A DNA stretch of 47,859 nucleotides, taken from assembly GCA_036172245.1 (NCBI GenBank), contig JAYWIR010000168.1, forward strand, positions 1 through 47,859. The letters run 5' to 3'. Origin of the DNA: Raillietiella orientalis. Taxonomy: Eukaryota. Shown here one piece after another: positions 38,901 to 47,859 of the stretch (positions are counted from its first letter, which is position 1; each line of letters opens with the position of its first letter). A program made the translations under genes and the position numbers. The notes under the pieces are model-generated. The model did not search any database, had not been told where the DNA came from, and was given only the letters and a program-made list of their open reading frames with translations.

Positions 38901-41900
38901 TTGCACTAGTGCGCCTCTTCACGAAGCATCAATTTGCAATGAGTGGCAATTTCCCGTTATGGAGACCCGCACAACCTTCCAATTTCCTTGGTTCAGAAGA
39001 ACTTTCTGATAAGCCCGAGGTTTCATTAGGGTGGGGCACTTTGGCCTCCGTGTGGTATCCATGGTAACCAGTGTCGGAGTTAGAGAGAGATTGTTTCCCT
39101 TAGCTCTGATTCATTATGTGTTCCAAATAAGCAACTTTTTCGTGTTTCTAATCACTTCGAAGTCAGCAGATTTCACCTTTGCACTTGTGCGCCTCTTCAC
39201 GAAGCATCAATTTGCAGTGAGTGGCAATTTCCCGTTATGGAGACCCGCACAACCTTCCAATTTCCTTGGTTCAGAAGAACTTTCAGATAAGCCCGGAGTT
39301 TCATCAGGGTGGGGCACTTTGGCCTCTGTGTGGTATTCATGGTAACCAGTGTCGGAGTTAGAAAGAGATTGTTTCCCTTAGCTCTGATTCATTATGTGTT
39401 GCAAATAAGCAAGTTTTTGAGGTTTTTAATCACTTCTAAGTCAGCAGATTTCACAATTGCACTAGTGCGCCTCTTCACGAAGCATCAATTTGCAGTGAGT
39501 GGCAATTTCCCGTTATGGAGGCCCGCACAACCTTCCAATTTCCTAGGTTCAGAAGAACTTTCTGATAAGCCCGAGGGTTCATTAGGGTGGGGCACTTTGG
39601 CCTCGGTGTGGTTTTCATGGTAACCAGTGTCGGAGTTAGAAAGAGATTGTTTCCCTTAGCTCTGATTCATTATGTGTTCCGAATAAGCAACTTTGTGGTG
39701 TTTGTAATCCCTTCGAAGTCAGCAGATTTCACCTTTGCACTTGTACGCCTCTTCACGAAGCATCAATTTGCAGTGAGTGGCAATTTCCCGTTATGGAGGC
39801 CCGCACAACCTTCCAATTTCCTTGGTTCAGAAGAACTTTCTGATAAGCCCGAGGTTTCATTAGGGTGGGGCACTTTGTCCTCAGTGTGGTTTTCATGGTT
39901 AGCAATGTCGGAGTTAGAAAGAGATTGTTTCCCTTAACTCTGATTCATTATGTGTTCCAAATAAGCAACATTTTGTGGTTTGTAAACACTTCGAAGTCAG
40001 CAGATTTCACCATTGCACTTTTGCGCCTCTTAACGAAGCATCAATTTGCAGTGAGTGACAATTTCCCGTTATAGAGACCCGCACATCCTTGCAATTTGCT
40101 TGGTTCAGAAGCACATTGAGATGAATATGAAGTGTCCTCAGGGTGTGCCACTTTGGCCTCTGTGTGGTATTCATGGTAACCAGTGTCGGAGTTAGAAAGA
40201 GATTGTTTGCCTTAGCTCTGATTCATTATGTGTTCCAAATAAGCAACTTTTTGAGGTTTGTAATCACTTCGAAGTCAGCAGATTTCACAATTGCACTAGT
40301 GCGCCTCTTCACGAAGCATCAATTTGCCGTGAGTGGCAATTTCCCGTTATGGCAGCCCGCGCAACCTTCCAATTTCCTTGGTTCAGAAGAACTTTCTGAT
40401 AAGCCCGAGGTTTCATTAGGGTGGGGCACTTTGGCCTCCGTGTGGTATCCATGGTAACCAGTGTCGGAGTTAGAAAGAGATTGTTTCCCTTAGCTCTGAT
40501 TCATTATGTGTTCCAAATAAGCAACATTTTGTGGTTTGTAAACACTTCGAAGTCAGCAGCCTTCACCATTGCACTTTTGCGCCTCTTCGCGAAGCATCCA
40601 TTTGCAGTTGGTGGCAATTTCCCGTTATGGAGACCCGCACATCCTTGCAATTTGCTTGGTTCAGAAGCACATTGAGATGAATTTGAAGTGTCCTCAGGGT
40701 GTGGCACTTTGGCCTCTGTGTGGTATTCATGGTAACCAGTGTCGGAGTTAAAAAGGGATTGTTTCCCTTAGTTCAGATTCAGAATATGTTCCAAATAAGC
40801 AACTTTTTGGGGTTTGTAATCACTTCGAAGTCAGCAGACTTCACCATTGCACTTTTGCGCCTCTTCGCGAAGCATCCATTTGCAGTTGGTGGCAATTTCC
40901 CGTTATGGAGACCCGCACATCCTTGCAATTTCCTTGGTTCAGAAGCACATTGAGATGAATTTGAAGTGTCCTCAGGGTGTGGCACTTTGGCCTCTGTGTG
41001 GTATTCATGGTAACCAGTGTCGGGGTTAGAAAGAGATTGTTTCCCTTAGCTCTGATTCAGAATATGTTCCAAATAAGCAACTTTTTGGGGTTTGTAATCA
41101 CTTCGAAGTCAGCAGATTTCACCATTGCACTTTTGCGCCTCTTAACGAAGCATCAATTTGCAGTGAGTGACAATTTCCCGTTATAGAGACCCGCACATCC
41201 TTGCAATTTGCTTGGTTCAGAAGCACATTGAGATGAATTTGAAGTGTCCTCAGGGTGTGGCACTTTGGCCTCTGTGTGGTATTCATGGTAACCAGTGTCG
41301 GAGTTAGAAAGAGATTGTTTCCTTAGCTCTGATTCATTATGTGTTCCAAATAAGCAACTTTTTGGGGTTTGCAATCACATCGAAGTCAGCAGATTTCACC
41401 ATTGCACTTTTGCGCCTCTTCACGTAGCATCAATTTGCAGTGAGTGGCAATTTCCCGTTATGGAGACCCGCACAACCTTCCAATTTCCTTGGTTCAGAAG
41501 CACATTGAGATGAATTTGAAGTGTCCTCAGGGTGTGGCACTTTGGCCTCTGTGTGGTATTCATGGTAACCAGTGTCGGGGTTAGAAAGAGATTGTTTCCC
41601 TTAGCTCTGATTCAGAATATGTTCCAAATAAGCAACTTTTTGGGGTTTGTAATCACTTCGAAGTCAGCAGATTTCACCATTGCACTTTTGCGCCTCTTCG
41701 CGAAGCATCCATTTGCAGTTGGTGGCAATTTCCCGTTATGGAGACCCGCACATCCTTGCAATTTCCTTGGTTCAGAAGCACATTGAGATGAATTTGAAGT
41801 GTCCTCAGGGTGTGGCACTTTGGCCTCTGTGTGGTATTCATGGTAACCAGTGTCGGGGTTAGAAAGAGATTGTTTCCCTTAGCTCTGATTCAGAATATGT

Positions 41901-44900
41901 TCCAAATAAGCAACTTTTTCGGGTTTGTAATCACTTCGAAGTCAGCAGATTTCACCATTGCACTTTTGCGCCTCTTAAAGAAGCATCAATTTGCAGTGAG
42001 TGACAATTTCCCGTCATAGAGACCCGCACATCCTTGCAATTTGCTTGGTTCAGAAGCACATTGAGATGAATATCAAGTGTCCTCAGGGTGTGGCACTTTG
42101 GCCTCTGTGTGGTATTCATGGTAACCAGTGTCGGATTTAGAAAGAGATTGTTTCCCTTAGCTCTGATTCATTATGTGTTCCAAATAAGCAACTTTTTGGG
42201 GTTTGCAATCACATCGAATTCAGCGGATTTCACCATTGCACTTTTGCGCCTCTTCACGTAGCATCAATTTGCAGTGAGTGGCAATTTCCCGTTATGGAGA
42301 CCCGCACAACCTTCCAATTTCCTTGGTTCAGAAGAACTTTCTGATAAGCCCGAGGTTTCATTAGGGTGGGGCACTTTGGCTTCGGTGTGGTATTCATGGT
42401 AACCAGTGTCGGAGTAATAAGAGATTGTTTCCTTTAGCTGTCTTTGTTTATGTGTTCCAAATAAGCAACTTTCTGGAGTTTTTAAACACTTCGAAGACTG
42501 CAGATTTCACAATTGCACTAGTGCGCCTCTTCACGAAGCATCAATTTGCAATGAGAGGCAATTTCCCGTTATGGAGACACGCACAACCTTCATATTTCCT
42601 TGGTTCAGAAGAACTTTCTGATAAGCCCGAGGTTTCATTAGGGTGGGGCACTTTGGCCTCTGTGTAGTATTCATGGTAACCAGTGTCGGAGTTAGAAAGA
42701 GATTGTTTCCCTTAACTCTCATTCATTATGTGTTCCAAATAAGCAACTTTTTGAGGTTTGTAATCACTTCGAAGTCAGCAGATTTCACAATTGCACTAGT
42801 GCGCCTCTTCACGAAGCATCAACTTGCAATGAGTGGCAATTTCCCGTTATGGAGACCCGCACAACCTTCCAATTTCCTTGGTTCAGAAGACCTTTCAGAT
42901 AAGCCCGGAGTTTCATCAGGGTGGGGCACTTTGGCCTCTGTGTGGTATTCATGGTAACCAGTGTCGGAGTTAGAAAGAGATTGTTTCCCTTAGCTCTGAT
43001 TCATTATGTGTTGCAAATAAGCAAGTTTTTGAGGTTTTTAATCACTTCTAAGTCAGCAGATTTCACAATTGCACTAGTACGCCTCTTCACGAAGCATCAA
43101 TTTGCAGTGAGTGGAAATTTCCCGTTATGGAGACCCGCACAACCTTCCAATTTCCTTGGTTCAGAAGAACCTTCTGATAAGCCCGAGGTTTCATTAGGGT
43201 GTGGCACTTTGGCTTCGGTGTGGTTTTCATGGTAACCAGTGTCGGAGTTAGAAAGAGATTGTTTCCCTTAGCTCTGATTCATTATGTGTTCCAAATAAGC
43301 AACTTTGTGGTGTTTGTAATCCCTTCGAAGTCAGCAGATTTCACCTTTGCACTTGTACGCCTCTTCACGAAGCATCAATTTGCAGTGAGTGGCAATTTCC
43401 CGTTATGGAGGCCCGCACAACCTTCCAATTTCCTTGGTTCAGAAGAACTTTCTGATAAGCCCGAGGTTTCATTAGGGTGGGGCACTTTGTCCTCAGTGTG
43501 GTTTTCATGGTTACCAATGTCGGAGTTAGAAAGAGATTGTTTTCCTTAGCTCTGATTCATTATGTGTTCCAAATAAGCAACTTTTTCGTGTTTGTAATCA
43601 CTTCGAAGTCAGCAGATTTCACAATTGCACTAGTGCGCCTCTTCACGAAGCATCAATTTGCAGTGAGTGGCAATTTCCCGTTATAGAGACCCGCACATCC
43701 TTGCAATTTGCTTGGTTCAGAAGCACATTGAGATGAATTTGAAGTTTCCTCAGGGTGTGGCACTTTGGCCCCTGTGTGGTATTCATGGTAACCAGTGTCG
43801 GAGTTAGAAATAGATTGTTTCCCTTAACTCTGATACAGAATATGTTCCAAATAAGCAACTTTTTGGGGTTTGTAAACACTTCGAAGTCAGCAGATTTCAC
43901 CATTGCACATTTGCGCCTCTTCACGAAGCATCAAATTGCAGTGAGTGGCAATTTAACGTTATGGAGACCCGCACAACCTTCCAATTTCCTTGGTTCAGAA
44001 GAACTTTCTGATAAGCCCGAGGTTTCATTAGGGTGGGGCACTTTGGCCTCTGTGTGGTATTCATGGTAACCAGTGTCGGAGTTAGAAAGAGATTGTTTCC
44101 CTTAGCTCTGATTCATTATGTGTTCCAAATAAGCAACTTTTTGAGGTTTGTAATCACTTCGAAGTCAGCAGATTTCACAATTGCACTAGTGCGCCTCTTC
44201 ACGAAGCATCAATTTGCCGTGAGTGGCAATTTCCCGTTATGGAGACCCGCACAACCTTCCAATTTCCTTGGTTCAGAAGAACTTTCAGATAAGCCCGGAG
44301 TTTCATCAGGGTGGGGCACTTTGGCCTCTGTGTGGTATTCATGGTAACCATTGTCGGAGTTAGAAAAAGATTGTTTCCCTTAGCTCTGATTCATTATGTG
44401 TTCCAAATAAGCAACTTTTTGAGGTTTGTAATCACTTCGAAGTCAGCAGATTTCACAATTGCACTAGTGCGCCACTTCACGAAGCATCAATTTGCAGTGA
44501 GTGGCAATTTCCCGTTATGGCAGCCCGCACAACCTTCCAATTTCCTTGGTTCAGAAGAACTTTCTGATAAGCCCGAGGTTTCATTAGGGTGGGGCACTTT
44601 GGCCTCCGTGTGGTATCCATGGTAACCAGTGTCGGAGTTAGAAAGAGATTGTTTCCCTTAGCTCTGATTCATTATGTGTTCCAAATAAGCAACATTTTGT
44701 GGTTTGTAAACACTTCGAAGTCAGCAGACTTCACCATTGCACTTTTGCGCCTCTTCGCGAAGCATCCATTTGCAGTTGGTGGCAATTTCCCGTTATGGAG
44801 ACCCGCACATCCTTGCAATTTGCTTGGTTCAGAAGCACATTGAGATGAGTATGAAGTGTCCTCAGGGTGTGCCACTTTGGCCTCTGTGTGGTATTCATGG

Positions 44901-47499
44901 TAACCAGTGTCGGAGTTAGAAAGAGATTGTTTCCCTCAGCTCTGATTCATGATGTGTTCCAAATAATCAACTTTTTGAGGTTTGTAATCACTTCGCAGTC
45001 AGCAGATTTCACCTTTGCACTTCTGCGCCTCTTCACGAAGCATCAATTTGCAGTGAGTGGCAATTTCCCGTTATGGAGACCCGCGCAACCTTCCAATTTC
45101 CTTCGTTCAGAAGAACTTTCTGATAAGCTCGAGGTTTCATTAGGGTGGGGCACTTTGGCCTCGGTGTGGTTTTCATGGTAACCAGTGTCGGAGTTAGAAA
45201 GAGATTGTTTCCTTTAGCTGTCTTTGTTTATGTGTTCCAAATAAGCAACTTTTTGGAGTTTGTAAACACTTCGAAGACAGCAAATTTCCCCCTTGCACTT
45301 GTGCGCCTCTTCACGAAGCATCAATTTGCAGTGAGTGGCAATTTCCCGTTATGGAGACCCGCACAACCTTCCAATTTCCTTGGTTCAGAAGAACTTTCTG
45401 ATAAGCCCGAGGTTTCATTAGGGTGGGGCACTTTGTCCTCTGTGTGGTATTCATGGTAACCAGTCTCGGAGATAGAAAGAGATTGTTTCCTTTAGCTGTC
45501 TTTGTTTATGTGTTCCAAATAAGCAACTTTTTGGAGTTTCTAAACACTTCGAAGACAGCAGATTTCACCCTTGCACTTGTGCGCCTCTTCACGAAGCATC
45601 AATTTGCAGTGAGTGGCAATTTCCCGTTATGGAGACCCGCACAACCTTCCAATTTCCTTGGTTCAGAAGAACTTTCTGATAAGCCCGAGGTTTCATTAGG
45701 GTGGGGCACTTTGGCCTCCGTGTGGTATCCATGGTAACCAGTGTCGGAGTTAGAAAGAGATTGTTTCCCTTAGCTCTGATTCATTATGTGTTGCAAATAA
45801 GCAACTTTTTCGTGTTTCTAATCACTTCGAAGTCAGCAGATTTCACCTTTGCACTTGTGCGCCTCTTCACGAAGCATCAATTTGCAGTGAGTGGCAATTT
45901 CCCGTTATGGAGACCCGCACAACCTTCCAATTTCCTTGGTTCAGAAGAACTTTCAGATAAGCCCGGAGTTTCATCAGGGTGGGGCACTTTGGCCTCTGTG
46001 TGGTATTCATGGTAACCAGTGTCGGAGTTAGAAAGAGATTGTTTCCCTTAGCTCTGATTCATTATGTGTTGCAAATAAGCAAGTTTTTGAGGTTTTTAAT
46101 CACTTCTAAGTCAGCAGATTTCACAATTGCACTAGTGCGCCTCTTCACGAAGCATCAATTTGCAGTGAGTGGCAATTTCCCGTTATGGAGGCCCGCACAA
46201 CCTTCCAATTTCCTAGGTTCAGAAGAACTTTCTGATAAGCCCGAGGGTTCATTAGGGTGGGGCACTTTGGCCTCGGTGTGGTTTTCATGGTAACCAGTGT
46301 CGGAGTTAGAAAGAGATTGTTTCCCTTAGCTCTGATTCATTATGTGTTCCAAATAAGCAACTTTTTGAGGTTTGTAATCACTTCGAAGTCAGCAGATTTC
46401 ACAATTGCACTAGTGCGCCTCTTCACGAAGCATCAATTTGCAGTGAGTGGCAATTTCCCGTTATGGAGACCCGCACAACCTTCCAATTTCCTAGGTTCAG
46501 AAGAACTTTCTGATAAGCCCGAGGGTTCATTAGGGTGGGGCACTTTGGCCTCGGTGTGGTTTTCATGGTAACCAGTGTCGGAGTTAGAAAGAGATTGTTT
46601 CCCTTAGCTCTGATTCATTATGTGTTCCGAATAAGCAACTTTGTGGTGTTTGTAATCCCTTCGAAGTCAGCAGATTTCACCTTTGCACTTGTACGCCTCT
46701 TCACGAAGCATCAATTTGCAGTGAGTGGCAATTTCCCGTTATGGAGGCCCGCACAACCTTCCAATTTCCTTGGTTCAGAAGAACTTTCTGATAAGCCCGA
46801 GGTTTCATTAGGGTGGGGCACTTTGTCCTCAGTGTGGTTTTCATGGTTAGCAATGTCGGAGTTAGAAAGAGACTGTTTCCCTTAACTCTGATTCATTATG
46901 TGCTCCAAATAAGCAAGTTTTTGAGGTTTGTAATCACTTCGAAGTCAGCAGATTTCACAATTGCACTAGTGCGCCACTTCACGAAGCATCAATTTGCAGT
47001 GAGTGGCAATTTCCCGTTATGGCAGCCCGCACAACCTTCCAATTTCCTTGGTTCAGAAGAACTTTCTGATAAGCCCGAGGTTTCATTAGGGTGGGGCACT
47101 TTGGCCTCCGTGTGGTATCCATGGTAACCAGTGTCGGAGTTAGAAAGAGATTGTTTCCCTTAGCTCTGATTCATTATGTGTTCCAAATAAGCAACTTTTT
47201 GGGTTTTGTAATCACTTCGAAGTCAGCAGACTTCACCATTGCACTTTTGCGCCTCTTCACGAAGCATCAATTTGCAGTGAGTGGCAATTTCCCGTTATGG
47301 AGACCCGCACAACCTTCCAATTTCCTTGGTTCAGAAGAACTTTCAGATAAGCCCGAAGTTTCATTAGGGTGGGGCACTTTGGCCTCTGTGTGGTATTCAT
47401 GGTAACCAGTGTCGGAGTTAGAAAGAGATTGTTTCCCTTAGCTCTGTTTCATTATGTGTTCCAAATAAGCAACATTTTGTGGTTTGTAAACACTTCGAA

Positions 47500-47859
47500 A
47501 TCCAGAGAATCCCTTTCCTGTTTTCTGTATCCGATTCTTGTTTTGTCAGACAGAAACTAGTGCTCTGTTCTAAAATGTCAGTATCAGAGCTCATGAAGAG
47601 GTGGGATGGTAAGTGCTCATGGATGCAGCCTCTCTTCAGAACCACTCTGTCGACTAGCCAACAGGTATCTCTTGAGTGTGACTCACGTCGCTAGTACATT
47701 TGGGTATTTCCACCCAATGCCTATTCATTAAATATTTCTTGCAGATTGAAAACTGCCTGTGAGGATGCGTGTACTTTTGTCACTCATATCCTCAGAACAC
47801 CAAGAGTACGAGGATTCTCAGGAAGAGATCAAGCAGTGATCCCTTGAGAATCCTGGTTC
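47500..47859. other. Non-satellite flanking sequence of unknown identity (possible mobile element end or unique genomic DNA), runs off the window
   Basis: After ...aaacacttcgaa (47499) the expected gtcagcagatttc is replaced by atccagagaatccc..., and no satellite motif returns. The non-satellite status is certain, but the identity is not determinable from 360 bp. Confidence 0.85.

Larger units (their letters stand above)
1..47499. repeat. Tandem satellite DNA array, 278-bp monomer, ~171 head-to-tail copies (begins before the window start)
   Basis: The motif agg|GTG(G/T)GGCACTTTGGCCTC recurs every 278 bp (144, 422, 700 ... 47091, 47369). Approximate consensus: gtggggcactttggcctctgtgtggtattcatggtaaccagtgtcggagttagaaagagattgtttcccttagctctgattcattatgtgttccaaataagcaactttttgaggtttgtaatcacttcgaagtcagcagatttcacctttgcacttgtgcgcctcttcacgaagcatcaatttgcagtgagtggcaatttcccgttatggagacccgcacaaccttccaatttccttggttcagaagaactttctgataagcccgaggtttcattagg. 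144+170x278=47404 versus an observed last start at 47369. Confidence 0.99.

Noticed and set aside
144..47405. Roughly 250 near-identical 60-189 aa ORFs (MGHFGLCVVF..., MPHPEDTS...) suggesting a tandem gene family
   Set aside because: They are translations of the satellite. 278 is not a multiple of 3, so the frame shifts every unit. Most + strand starts are GTG or TTG, stops and frameshifts occur freely, variants are largely non-synonymous, and no domain is recognisable.
1..47499. CRISPR array or diversity-cassette system
   Set aside because: There are no unique spacers, since the whole 278 bp is repeated. No cas, recombinase or reverse transcriptase gene is present in the window.
47500..47510. 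Specific call of a Helitron (A|TC start) or LTR (TG start) at the junction
   Set aside because: There is no TG at the boundary. The A-TC dinucleotide context alone is too weak, the satellite consensus here is AAG|TC rather than an AT target, and the other end is not visible.
47418..47694. ORFs 47418-47645 (-) and 47479-47694 (+) crossing the junction
   Set aside because: They are short, partly made of satellite sequence and have no recognisable motif.

Overview
Positions 1-47499 are one uninterrupted head-to-tail tandem satellite array of about 171 copies of a 278-bp monomer. All copies face the same way, and I saw no inversions or inserted elements. This looks like eukaryotic centromeric, pericentromeric or heterochromatic satellite DNA, but I cannot name the family or organism. 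The array ends abruptly at 47499, inside the monomer's ACTTCGAAGT palindrome. It is followed by 360 bp of unrelated sequence rich in inverted repeats, possibly the edge of a mobile element. The ORF track is a by-product of the repeat, and I support no protein-coding or RNA gene. The interesting structure lies inside the array. The monomer looks like a degenerate ancient dimer of about 139-bp halves. Monomers carry equal-length interchangeable variant cassettes. There are several local nascent higher-order repeats (8/6-mer, 7-mer, 8-spaced, dimers) and patchwork block duplications. A subfamily switch near 14.3-15.4 kb coincides with one heavily degraded monomer, and rare variants are shared up to 40 kb apart. 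All alignments were done by eye, aided by ORF-track coordinates, and should be confirmed computationally.
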